64,000 nucleotides of DNA from an uncultured virus (IMG/VR IMGVR_UViG_3300043428_000060) (lineage: Duplodnaviria; Heunggongvirae; Uroviricota; Caudoviricetes): the IMG/VR virus record IMGVR_UViG_3300043428_000060. One strand, given 5' to 3'. The translations under genes were made by a program, and so were the position numbers. Shown here piece by piece: positions 1 to 7,730 of the stretch (its first letter is position 1; each line of letters opens with the position of its first letter). The notes below the pieces were generated by a model, which searched no databases, was not told where the DNA came from, and worked only from the letters and a program-made list of their open reading frames with translations.

Positions 1-78
1 GAGATCGACCGTTTAGGCGGTATTGAACAATTATCCGACGAATTAGAGGAAATATTGCAAGATCTTCGCAAGGAATAG
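1..78 (+). CDS. partial hypothetical early protein (3' end)
   Basis: Frame 1 is open from the window edge (EIDRLGGIEQLSDELEEILQDLRKE) to TAG 76-78. Confidence 0.55.
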   Translation, partial: EIDRLGGIEQLSDELEEILQDLRKE

Positions 79-134
79 AGAGATAGAGGGTTATACTTAT
101 AATACCTTTATTCCCTATAAATAATTAACAACCC

Positions 135-177
135 TTACAAAGCGAATACGAGCTCCGTATGATAATATAAATGTAAC
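135..177 (+). promoter_or_regulatory. class I (early) phage promoter motif
   Basis: TTACA-N8-ACG-N10-GATAAT-N5-TGTAAC; one of ten copies with identical spacing, all intergenic and nine directly upstream of an ORF. Confidence 0.85.
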
Positions 178-197
178 AAATAAACAAACATATTACA

Positions 198-398
198 ATG
201 AGTGAAATAATACCTTACGTTAACCCTAAACATCCCGAACGTACTTATTACAAAGCGAGTTACGGTAATGAAACGTATCACCATACCGACAAGGCTATTG
301 TCAAAAAGTGGTTGATCGAGCAAATACTCGTAACACCATACAAAGAAGAAAAACAGCGTATAACTAACAGAGCGGCGGAATCGTTCTATAAAAAGTAA
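198..398 (+). CDS. hypothetical early protein
   Basis: ORF directly behind a class I motif, A-rich leader. Confidence 0.75.
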   Translation: MSEIIPYVNPKHPERTYYKASYGNETYHHTDKAIVKKWLIEQILVTPYKEEKQRITNRAAESFYKK

Positions 399-402
399 AA
401 TT

Positions 403-594
403 ATGAAGAAATTAAATGGATTTGAGAGCTTTTTAGCTACACAAGGTTTAGAATTATTAAGAGAACAAATGGTAAGTGACATCACCGAGTATGTACGACA
501 AGGTAAAACACCTATATTCACTACGGGATTCGTTGACGACTCTATCGATGCTCTAATCAAGAAACTTGAAACATTAACTTTAAAACAAAAGTAA
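403..594 (+). CDS. hypothetical early protein
   Basis: Tightly packed ORF. Confidence 0.75.
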   Translation: MKKLNGFESFLATQGLELLREQMVSDITEYVRQGKTPIFTTGFVDDSIDALIKKLETLTLKQK

Positions 595-595
595 T

Positions 596-638
596 CTACA
601 ATCCAAACACGATCGATAAACGATAATATTAATGTAAC
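596..638 (+). promoter_or_regulatory. class I (early) phage promoter motif
   Basis: CTACA-N8-ACG-N10-GATAAT-N5-TGTAAC. Confidence 0.85.
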
Positions 639-655
639 AAATAAAAATATATACT

Positions 656-925
656 ATGAACAAAGTACTAAAATTAACTAAGCTTTATGAATGCAGCGAC
701 CACGACCGTTATATCTATGTTGAATATACAAACGGTAAATTAACCTCAATAAATTATTGGCAAGGTATTAGCGATGAAGTTGATCAATCCACAATGAATA
801 ACGATCCGGATTTACTTAAATTCTACAATGCTATACACGATGCGTTGTACCACATGAGCGAAAATGAAGTCGATCAATTCAACTACGCAATCGATATGCA
901 CTTCGAATACAAAGACAATTATTAA
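656..925 (+). CDS. hypothetical early protein
   Basis: ORF behind a class I motif. Confidence 0.8.
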   Translation: MNKVLKLTKLYECSDHDRYIYVEYTNGKLTSINYWQGISDEVDQSTMNNDPDLLKFYNAIHDALYHMSENEVDQFNYAIDMHFEYKDNY

Positions 926-943
926 TTAATAAACTTATATACA

Positions 944-1165
944 ATGGAAAACTTACTAGACAAACTAAATTTACTAAGCAAACAATATGATATGTCAAAA
1001 TTCTATTGTATAACCTTATGGCTGGGTACGGATCAAATATATTTACAAGGGTATTATGCGGACGTTAACTTTGAAATCGCTAAAGATCTTGAAATAAAAC
1101 TTGAGCTTGAAGGTAGTATGCTACACGGTGAAAACAAATTTTATAAAATAACTTTAACAACATAA
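944..1165 (+). CDS. hypothetical early protein
   Basis: ORF with A-rich leader. Confidence 0.75.
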   Translation: MENLLDKLNLLSKQYDMSKFYCITLWLGTDQIYLQGYYADVNFEIAKDLEIKLELEGSMLHGENKFYKITLTT

Positions 1166-1167
1166 TC

Positions 1168-1245
1168 ATGAAAGCATTACTTAAATTATTATACAAAGAA
1201 TTACAAGAAGCTGGGAAAGCAGCGGCTTATGCAATGAGACATTAG
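1168..1245 (+). CDS. small hypothetical peptide (25 aa)
   Basis: MKALLKLLYKELQEAGKAAAYAMRH fills the gap between the previous stop and the next promoter; below the ORF-track cutoff. Confidence 0.55.
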   Translation: MKALLKLLYKELQEAGKAAAYAMRH

Positions 1246-1257
1246 CGATATAAGTAT

Positions 1258-1300
1258 CTACAAAACAAACACGATCACTTATTGATAATATAAATGTAAC
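1258..1300 (+). promoter_or_regulatory. class I (early) phage promoter motif
   Basis: CTACA-N8-ACG-N10-GATAAT-N5-TGTAAC. Confidence 0.85.
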
Positions 1301-1314
1301 TAAATAACAATACT

Positions 1315-1464
1315 ATGGAAGAAGCAATTAAAGATACCGAAAGATTTTCTGAATGGATGAAGAATACCGTAAAAAGTATACACTATGCAAACACTAATCG
1401 AATGATTATTGCATACGATAAAGTATTCCAAAACAACTTACGTTTAACTATAAAATCTAAATAA
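1315..1464 (+). CDS. small hypothetical early protein (49 aa)
   Basis: MEEAIKDTERFSEWMKN...; manual translation, directly behind a class I motif. Confidence 0.65.
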   Translation: MEEAIKDTERFSEWMKNTVKSIHYANTNRMIIAYDKVFQNNLRLTIKSK

Positions 1465-1465
1465 T

Positions 1466-1681
1466 ATGAATATAAGCGAAATAAAATACCGAGCACAATG
1501 TAAAGGCTACTCTAAAGTATTATCATTACAAAGTGACTTTCAACGAGCGGAACGTGATCTAAAACTAGGCTTAACCGGCGGTGTAAGTATCGAAGAGATC
1601 GAAGCAATACGTGATGGCATTGCAACCGAAATTACAGTATGGAATTATATATTTAAACTTATAGAAAATGACAACAAGTAA
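1466..1681 (+). CDS. hypothetical early protein
   Basis: Packed ORF. Confidence 0.75.
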   Translation: MNISEIKYRAQCKGYSKVLSLQSDFQRAERDLKLGLTGGVSIEEIEAIRDGIATEITVWNYIFKLIENDNK

Positions 1682-1907
1682 AGAACAAACATTACCTAAA
1701 TGGTTTACCGGTATGCTATACACTGACGGCGGCACAGTTAGCAATCCGTTCTCTGGCGAAAGCTACGATCTAACCCCCGCTGAGTTATCTATGTACGACT
1801 TTATTATGGGTTGTTCAATGACTGGTAGAATGCAGAATGAAATGATGAAAGGCTTAATGTGGTTTAGAAAAGCTAACCCGCAAGCATATATGGTATTATT
1901 AGACTAA
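1668..1907 (+). CDS. hypothetical early protein
   Basis: Packed, overlapping ORF. Confidence 0.8.
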   Translation: MTTSKEQTLPKWFTGMLYTDGGTVSNPFSGESYDLTPAELSMYDFIMGCSMTGRMQNEMMKGLMWFRKANPQAYMVLLD

Positions 1908-1917
1908 AATATAAATT

Positions 1918-2154
1918 ATGAGCAACGAAACATACAACGGTTACACTAATTACGCTACATGGCGAATTAACTTAGAAATATTAGATGGCATGGAATTCAC
2001 TGAAGCTATTGATGCAAGCGATCTAGAAGATATAGTAACAAACATTGTATTCAATGACGATCAATCCGGACTTATAGCCGATTATGCAGCAGCGTTTATT
2101 AGCGAAGTAAACTTCTATGAGTTAGCGAATATGATAAATGACGGATTAGAATAG
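1918..2154 (+). CDS. hypothetical acidic phage protein (YNGYTNYATW N-terminus)
   Basis: ORF; the N-terminal motif recurs in phage early proteins. Confidence 0.75.
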   Translation: MSNETYNGYTNYATWRINLEILDGMEFTEAIDASDLEDIVTNIVFNDDQSGLIADYAAAFISEVNFYELANMINDGLE

Positions 2155-2156
2155 AC

Positions 2157-2199
2157 TTACAAACCAAACACGACAACACAACGATAATATAAATGTAAC
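2157..2199 (+). promoter_or_regulatory. class I (early) phage promoter motif
   Basis: TTACA-N8-ACG-N10-GATAAT-N5-TGTAAC. Confidence 0.85.
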
Positions 2200-2215
2200 A
2201 AATAAAAAATTATAT

Positions 2216-2491
2216 ATGAAACAAATTAAAACAGTAGAACAATTCCGTTACTTTGTAGGATTTAACGGTAGATTATTCAGCGTAACATTCAGAAAAGCTG
2301 ACGGATCAATCAGAAAAATGGTAGCAAGATTAGATGTAAAGTCTTATTTAACTGGTGGCGGCGCTAAATATGATGCTAAAGAGCGTAACAATATTGTAGT
2401 ATTTTCTATGCGAGATAAAGCCTACCGTACTATCAAGATCGATAACTTATTGAGTGTCAAGGCTAACGGAGAATTAATTGAAAACAACTAA
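2216..2491 (+). CDS. SH3/Sm-like (WYL-like) beta-barrel protein
   Basis: FSVTFRKADGSIRKM...VFSMRDKAYRTI pattern. Confidence 0.6.
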   Translation: MKQIKTVEQFRYFVGFNGRLFSVTFRKADGSIRKMVARLDVKSYLTGGGAKYDAKERNNIVVFSMRDKAYRTIKIDNLLSVKANGELIENN

Positions 2492-2501
2492 ATAAAATAT
2501 T

Positions 2502-3113
2502 ATGGCAATCTCATTGCTCACGCAAAATTCGAAACTAAAAAAGACAAGCAAATTAACAGGTCATAGAGTATTTAATTTCGGCATTCCTGCATACAAATCA
2601 GCATCGGGTAAGTTAACCTGCCCGTTCGCTGGGGAATGTGTCAAATTTTGTTATGCTCAAAAAGGCGCATACTCATGGAGTAATGTAAAGCCAGCGTTTG
2701 AAAAACGTTATGAGCTAACTAAGACTGACGATTTTGTTAATGAGATGAATAAAGAAATAGCTAAAAAGAAACCTGATTATGTACGTGTACACGACAGTGG
2801 CGATTACTACTCCAAAGCATATCTTGATAAGTGGATCGAGATTGCTATACACAACCCGCATGTCAGGTTTTATAGCTACACAAACAGTGTTGAAATGTTA
2901 AAATCCGCTGATCTACCTGACAACTACGATATTATCTTTAGTGACTCTGGCAAACAAAAAGACAAAATTAATACTAAAGTTGATCGCCATACTAGAATTT
3001 TTGCTACCTTAGCCGAGATGACATTAGCTGGCTATGTAAACGCTATGGAAACTGATCTTAATGCAACTAAGTGGTTCAATAAAACAAATAGAGTAGGATT
3101 AATCTTTCATTAA
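2502..3113 (+). CDS. GP88-like, radical-SAM-related Fe-S protein
   Basis: TCPFAGECVKFCYA cysteine triad, VRVHDSGDYY and FYSYT motifs. Confidence 0.7.
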   Translation: MAISLLTQNSKLKKTSKLTGHRVFNFGIPAYKSASGKLTCPFAGECVKFCYAQKGAYSWSNVKPAFEKRYELTKTDDFVNEMNKEIAKKKPDYVRVHDSGDYYSKAYLDKWIEIAIHNPHVRFYSYTNSVEMLKSADLPDNYDIIFSDSGKQKDKINTKVDRHTRIFATLAEMTLAGYVNAMETDLNATKWFNKTNRVGLIFH

Positions 3114-3118
3114 TACTT

Positions 3119-3161
3119 TTACAGTCCTAATACGAATAACAATTGATAATATAAATGTAAC
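3119..3161 (+). promoter_or_regulatory. class I (early) phage promoter motif
   Basis: TTACA-N8-ACG-N10-GATAAT-N5-TGTAAC. Confidence 0.85.
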
Positions 3162-3178
3162 ATATAAAAATATAAATT

Positions 3179-3592
3179 ATGAATCCATTAGATCAAATTT
3201 TTGAAATTACCCAATTAAGCGTTATAAATTCTGCATCAAGTATTTTTACTAAAGACGATGTGCACAAGCTACTTACTCAACTACAATCTAACATTAATAA
3301 GCATGCAATTGATGAAAGTAAATTACCTCAACAACCAATATCAACACCTAATATATTAGCTAGCGACTTTGCTAAATTTACTTCGGCTGTTCGTAACAAA
3401 TTATCTTATTACTTAGAAAGTTCAGACCTTGTTGATTATGATTCTGCAGAATTTGAAATTGAATACAACAATCAGCTTGTACTTAATCATGTTAATGTAG
3501 ATCTTGATAGCTGGACAGAAGAGTTTGATGATTATATGCTAGATAACTTTACAGAAATATTTGGTGACAATAGTATTATTGCTGAACAGTAA
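3179..3592 (+). CDS. hypothetical acidic protein
   Basis: ORF behind a class I motif; strongly acidic C-terminal half. Confidence 0.8.
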   Translation: MNPLDQIFEITQLSVINSASSIFTKDDVHKLLTQLQSNINKHAIDESKLPQQPISTPNILASDFAKFTSAVRNKLSYYLESSDLVDYDSAEFEIEYNNQLVLNHVNVDLDSWTEEFDDYMLDNFTEIFGDNSIIAEQ

Positions 3593-3599
3593 TACTTAA

Positions 3600-3673
3600 G
3601 GACTTATAGCTCAGCCGGTTAGAGCAGGACACTCATAATGTCAAGGTCGTAGGTTCGAATCCTACTAGGTCCA
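3600..3673 (+). tRNA. tRNA with CAT anticodon (probably Ile2/lysidine type, otherwise elongator Met); CCA not encoded
   Basis: Acceptor GGACTTA/TAGGTCC, D arm GCTC..GAGC, anticodon loop CTCATAA, T arm GTAGG-TTCGAAT-CCTAC, discriminator A. Confidence 0.93.
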
Positions 3674-3693
3674 CAAATTTAAAACTTAACATT

Positions 3694-3978
3694 ATGTATT
3701 ACAAAAATTACGATTACAAAAAAGCGAAAGCAACTATCAAACAATACTTATCTGATCAAGGATTTGGACAGCTAATATCTGCATCACTTGGCATGGAAGA
3801 AGATTGGTTTTGGACTGCTGAAACTATATGGGAAGACGGCAAGTTTACAAATAAATTATCTAAAAACACAAAGATTGCTGGTATTGATAGAAGTTATTTC
3901 GCAACACCTATATTAGAATTAGAAACTGAAGACAATTTTAAATTAAAAATACCGTGTTATTTTGAAACTGAGGAATAG
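3694..3978 (+). CDS. hypothetical protein
   Basis: ORF with A-rich leader. Confidence 0.75.
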   Translation: MYYKNYDYKKAKATIKQYLSDQGFGQLISASLGMEEDWFWTAETIWEDGKFTNKLSKNTKIAGIDRSYFATPILELETEDNFKLKIPCYFETEE

Positions 3979-3979
3979 C

Positions 3980-4022
3980 TTACAAACCAAACACGAATAA
4001 CAATTGATAATATTAATATAAA
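3980..4022 (+). promoter_or_regulatory. class I (early) phage promoter motif, variant 3' end
   Basis: TTACA-N8-ACG-N10-GATAAT-N5-TATAAA. Confidence 0.8.
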
Positions 4023-4031
4023 AAACAAACT

Positions 4032-4481
4032 ATGAATATATTTTATTTAGACAGAGATCCAGTTAAAGCAGCTGAACAACATTACAATAAGCTAATATAC
4101 AAAATTAAACGTTTATTTAGAAATAAGAAATATAATGTTTATTGTCCTTACTGTACAAGTTGTGGTGAAACAGGTTGTTGTTCTCCTACCTCTTGTTTAA
4201 ATCATCCTAAAGGTTTTTATTGTGAAACTAATCAAGATGCTTTAAAAGTTTCTTATTGGACATTAAATGAATTTTGGAATAATTATTTTAAAGAGCAATC
4301 TAAAAAAGAAGATTATAACTTGCCTAATTTATGGACAAAAAAACAAATATTAAAAGAAGTTGAAGAAGCTTTAAGCGAAATACATCATAAACATTATGAT
4401 GAACAATATGAATATAGAATAAGCGCTCCAGAGAGATTAACTTTGATTGAAAAAATAATAAAATTTATTAAAAAAACATAA
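4032..4481 (+). CDS. chimeric protein: glycosylase N-terminal stub fused to a Cys-rich hypothetical domain
   Basis: The first ~20 aa (MNIFYLDRDPVKAAEQHYNK) duplicate the start of 5008..5448; the rest (CPYCTSCGETGCC) is unrelated. Confidence 0.7.
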   Translation: MNIFYLDRDPVKAAEQHYNKLIYKIKRLFRNKKYNVYCPYCTSCGETGCCSPTSCLNHPKGFYCETNQDALKVSYWTLNEFWNNYFKEQSKKEDYNLPNLWTKKQILKEVEEALSEIHHKHYDEQYEYRISAPERLTLIEKIIKFIKKT

Positions 4482-4492
4482 ATATACGTAAT
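4468..4492 (+). promoter_or_regulatory. class II (middle/late) phage promoter motif
   Basis: TTAA-N15-CGTAAT upstream of an endonuclease VII gene. Confidence 0.55.
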
Positions 4493-4528
4493 CATTTTAA
4501 TATAACAATAACTTAATATTAAAATGAT

Positions 4529-5011
4529 ATGGCTAAACACTTAACAACTAAAGAACAAATTGAACAATGGACAATCTTAGAACAAACAAAATATAAAGAT
4601 TGGAAAGTAAAAAAATCTGATTCATTTATTTATGAGATTAATAATGAAGAAGTAATAAAGTGTACTCAATGTAATAAGCATAAACCCGGTGATCAGTTTA
4701 AATTATATAGAACAATAGATCAATCAAATAAAACATTATATTATGGTAGAAAACAACACTGTACTAGCTGTACAAATATGCGCACAAGAAAATGGCGATA
4801 CAATGATCCTGAAAAAGTTGAGTCATTATTATTAGAAACTAATTGTCAAATATGCAATGATAAATTTGATAGTGATAGGAATAAATTTATAGATCACTGT
4901 CATACAACTAATAATGTTCGTGGTGTGTTATGTACAAAATGTAATACCTTATTAGGTATGATAGAAAGAAAAAAACAAATATTTACTAATATAAAAAAAT
5001 ACTTAAAATGA
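4529..5011 (+). CDS. endonuclease VII-family (HNH) putative homing endonuclease
   Basis: CQIC...IDHCHTTNNVRGVLCTKCNTLLG plus N-terminal CxxC pairs. Confidence 0.88.
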   Translation: MAKHLTTKEQIEQWTILEQTKYKDWKVKKSDSFIYEINNEEVIKCTQCNKHKPGDQFKLYRTIDQSNKTLYYGRKQHCTSCTNMRTRKWRYNDPEKVESLLLETNCQICNDKFDSDRNKFIDHCHTTNNVRGVLCTKCNTLLGMIERKKQIFTNIKKYLK

Positions 5012-5448
5012 ATATATTCTATTTAGATAGGGACCCTATCAAGGCCGCAAGAATGCACCACTCGAAGCATGTTGTTAAAATGGTCTTAGAAGCAGCACAA
5101 TTACTTTGTACAGCGCATCATTTAGCTGGTAATCCAAGCGATGTTCCATACAAAAAAACACACATGAATCATCCGTCTGCCGTATGGGTACGATCATCAG
5201 TGGCTAATTATATGTGGTGCTACGAATATATGTTAGCTCTTGGTGCTGAATATACTAAACGTTATGGTAAGCATCATTTAACTATCGCAAAGTGTCGTGA
5301 GATTCTTTCTAATGTACCGCATGCTATACACGCTGTCGACTTTTGCGATCCACCACAATGTATGCCTGACGAATACAAAATGATCGATGCAGTTGATGGC
5401 TACAGAAAATATTACGAAATTGGTAAAGCACACTTAAAAGATAGATAA
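5008..5448 (+). CDS. pyrimidine-dimer DNA glycosylase family (DenV-like) protein
   Basis: MNIFYLD, KHVVKMVLEAAQLL, THMNHPSAVW, EYTKRYGKHH, PQCMPDEY motifs. Confidence 0.8.
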   Translation: MNIFYLDRDPIKAARMHHSKHVVKMVLEAAQLLCTAHHLAGNPSDVPYKKTHMNHPSAVWVRSSVANYMWCYEYMLALGAEYTKRYGKHHLTIAKCREILSNVPHAIHAVDFCDPPQCMPDEYKMIDAVDGYRKYYEIGKAHLKDR

Positions 5449-5582
5449 TGGCTGATATAACTAAATGTAAAGGTTTGAATTGTCCTTTAAAAGAAACCTG
5501 CTATAGATATTCCGCTAAAGAATTTGATTACAATCAAACGTGGTTTTTGGCTGGTAATGTTGGTATATGGAAAGTATTATAG
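5448..5582 (+). CDS. small Cys-rich protein (MADITKC type), possibly truncated
   Basis: Manual translation MADITKCKGLNCPLKETCYRYSAKE...; start overlaps the previous stop. Confidence 0.6.
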   Translation: MADITKCKGLNCPLKETCYRYSAKEFDYNQTWFLAGNVGIWKVL

Positions 5583-5653
5583 GAGGTTCATTAGGTATTA
5601 TTATTGGTTTAATTGTATGTATTTTTATATCTAAGAAATTTAAAAACAAATAA
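5567..5653 (+). CDS. 28-aa single-TM peptide ending FKNK
   Basis: MESIIGGSLGIIIGLIVCIFISKKFKNK; ends in the array repeat. Confidence 0.55.
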   Translation: MESIIGGSLGIIIGLIVCIFISKKFKNK

Positions 5654-5685
5654 CCCCGATTGCAAGGATAAGTGCTACAAATATT

Positions 5686-5841
5686 ATGGAAAATGCAAAC
5701 ATTAATGAAAAACAATTTCAAAATCCTTTAAGCGAACCTTTGAATCATTCTCTTGAAGTTTTACTAAATGAAATTAAAAGAGGTAGACCTGCTGAAACAC
5801 AAAAACTAATCCAAAGTTGGATTGAGCAATTGAATAAGTAG
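5686..5841 (+). CDS. small hypothetical protein (51 aa)
   Basis: Manual translation MENANINEKQFQNPL... Confidence 0.6.
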   Translation: MENANINEKQFQNPLSEPLNHSLEVLLNEIKRGRPAETQKLIQSWIEQLNK

Positions 5842-5896
5842 TTTATCAAAACCTCACGATGTATAGGTTAATCGTTAATTTAAAAACAAATAAAAT

Positions 5897-6247
5897 ATGA
5901 AACGTGGTGTGACAAGAATAGTTTTTAAGATAGGAAACTATGTCATTAAAATACCTAATCATTCTTATAGCCATTTTAATTTTTTAAAAGGATGTTATGC
6001 AAATTGGTATGAACGCAATTATTATAAAAATTTTCAATGCATTGAAGAACAAAAAAATAAAATAGCTCCTTCACTGTATTGTAGCATTTTTGGATTAATT
6101 CAAATACAGAAATATTGCAAACCCATTAGAAGAGAACTTACAGACGAAGAACTAGATTACTTCTCTGATATTAGAAATGGAGAAACTAAAAAAGAAAATT
6201 TTGGTATTTATAACAACACAATAGTTTGTGTTGATTATTCAGATTAA
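5897..6247 (+). CDS. minimal protein-kinase-like fold protein
   Basis: GVTRIVF, VIKIP, ETKKENFG and VCVDY resemble kinase motifs I, II, VIb and VII. Confidence 0.55.
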   Translation: MKRGVTRIVFKIGNYVIKIPNHSYSHFNFLKGCYANWYERNYYKNFQCIEEQKNKIAPSLYCSIFGLIQIQKYCKPIRRELTDEELDYFSDIRNGETKKENFGIYNNTIVCVDYSD

Positions 6248-6271
6248 TAAAACAATTTAAAAGCAAATAAT

Positions 6272-6544
6272 ATGAGAAAAATTTTAATTAAACTTTTAGG
6301 TTTAGATGTTCCGTTCACTCAAATAAAAATTGAGTTAAGTGAATTACATAGGAGATTAGATTTTATACAAGAACAAGATAAGAAAATGTATAGTAAGGAA
6401 GATGTTCGTGGAATGTTATAAGATATGTCACGTTATGTTAGTACAAAAGAAATGAGAGTTGGATTGTTGTTTGGTTATAGTGAATGGGTAAAAAAACGTG
6501 ATTGTTTTGTAAATCATCTAATTGAACAATTTAAAAACAAATAA
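6272..6544 (+). pseudogene. cassette ORF interrupted by an in-frame TAA (6419-6421), or two tiny ORFs
   Basis: The frame continues after the TAA (...VRGML*DMSRYV...EQFKNK) to the array repeat. Confidence 0.55.
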
Positions 6545-6547
6545 GAC

Positions 6548-6721
6548 ATGACAGCAGTAGAATGGTTAGTTGAAACATTAAATAAAAAATATGGTAATGA
6601 TGATTTTATTATTACTTTTATTAATGAAATAGAACAAGCCAAAGAAATGGAAAAGCAACAGATGAAAGAAATGTATTTAAAAGGAATTGAAAATTACGAC
6701 CCAACATTTAAAAACAAATAA
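6548..6721 (+). CDS. MTAVEWL/QAKEMEK-type small protein
   Basis: Manual translation, 57 aa; paralogous to 7731..7931. Confidence 0.75.
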   Translation: MTAVEWLVETLNKKYGNDDFIITFINEIEQAKEMEKQQMKEMYLKGIENYDPTFKNK

Positions 6722-6725
6722 GATT

Positions 6726-6917
6726 ATGGAAAATAAACAATCACAAGAATTAACTATTGAAGAAAAAAGAAAATGGTTAAGTGAAAACGGTTGGATTCAA
6801 GGTTGGTCCAATGAAGATTGGTTGCAAAAAGGAAGAAACTATACTAGACCTGACTATGCTGGAATGAGTACAGAAAATGCTTTTAAATATGCTCAAGAAC
6901 AATTTAAAAACAAATAA
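6726..6917 (+). CDS. hypothetical cassette protein ending EQFKNK
   Basis: ATG 6726 follows the repeat; preferred over TTG 6687. Confidence 0.75.
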   Translation: MENKQSQELTIEEKRKWLSENGWIQGWSNEDWLQKGRNYTRPDYAGMSTENAFKYAQEQFKNK

Positions 6918-6920
6918 GAT

Positions 6921-7187
6921 ATGAAAGAAGAAGAATCAAGATTACAAGAAATTAAACTAAAATTAGACAAATCAAATGCAAGGTTATATGATTTTTCAAA
7001 TGACCTTTATTTACAAACTTCAAATTTATGTGGTGAATTTCCAAGACTTATAAATGAATTACCAAGCAAAGAAGTAGGAGATTTTTATTTAAATATTTTT
7101 CAAGGTCAAATATTGTTTCAAAAACACATTACTGCTGATATTGAAAATACATTAAGTTATTTAAAATCAGCCACGAATAAGATATGA
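6921..7187 (+). CDS. hypothetical cassette protein
   Basis: ORF starts right after the repeat. Confidence 0.75.
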   Translation: MKEEESRLQEIKLKLDKSNARLYDFSNDLYLQTSNLCGEFPRLINELPSKEVGDFYLNIFQGQILFQKHITADIENTLSYLKSATNKI

Positions 7188-7510
7188 GAAAGACCACAAT
7201 AGATATACCAATATACTGTTGTAAGTTAACTATCATATTAGATAAGGATTTGTCTTATGTTGAAAAGAAATATAAGACAAAGTCTCTATCTAATTTTGGA
7301 GCAGTTACAATGAGAGTTCCTGATAAATTTAGGGAGTATATTATAGCTTTTGAGTATACAGAAGGAGCTATAATAGCACACGAAATAGTGCATTTGAAAA
7401 ACTATATCTATCAAGACTGCTCAATAGAGCTAGATAGATATAACGATGAACCTGAGGCTTATTTAACAGGTTGGTTGTTTGGTCGGATTAATAATTTTTT
7501 AAACAAATAA
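7184..7510 (+). CDS. small HExxH zinc-metallopeptidase-like protein
   Basis: IIAHEIVH...DEPEAY. Confidence 0.65.
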   Translation: MRKTTIDIPIYCCKLTIILDKDLSYVEKKYKTKSLSNFGAVTMRVPDKFREYIIAFEYTEGAIIAHEIVHLKNYIYQDCSIELDRYNDEPEAYLTGWLFGRINNFLNK

Positions 7511-7514
7511 CAAT

Positions 7515-7727
7515 ATGAAAAACATTATGTATTTTTTTACAATGATAATAGGAATTATATTAGTAATGATTTTAACAATTATTTTAGTAGATAAATTAAA
7601 GAACTTTGATTATAATTCAAGCAAACCAATATCATACCCTGAAGAAATACAAATAGCAAAACCAGGAGATACATTAATTGTATACGCTGTTAAGGATAGT
7701 ATTTACATTGGATTTAAAAACAAATAA
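7515..7727 (+). CDS. membrane-anchored hypothetical protein ending FKNK
   Basis: N-terminal hydrophobic helix. Confidence 0.75.
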   Translation: MKNIMYFFTMIIGIILVMILTIILVDKLKNFDYNSSKPISYPEEIQIAKPGDTLIVYAVKDSIYIGFKNK

Positions 7728-7730
7728 GAT

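Larger units (their letters stand above)
5639..7727 (+). repeat. dispersed 15-bp direct repeat TTTAAAAACAAATAA at gene junctions
   Basis: Exact copies at 5639, 5879, 6530, 6707, 6903, 7713; variants at 6256 and 7496. Confidence 0.9.

Noticed and set aside
1..102. In-frame TAG (76-78) followed by a plausible continuation, hinting at TAG-to-Gln recoding
   Set aside because: All long genes are intact in the standard code, several genes end in TAG directly before a promoter, and there is no suppressor tRNA
135..4022. Repeated early motif or the 15-bp repeat as a CRISPR array
   Set aside because: Intervening sequences are whole genes of variable length, the motif has variable internal positions, and no cas genes are present
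5842..5875. Possible eleventh class I promoter (TATCAAAACCTCACG...GTTAAT)
   Set aside because: Lacks TACA and the exact ACG-N10-GATAAT spacing
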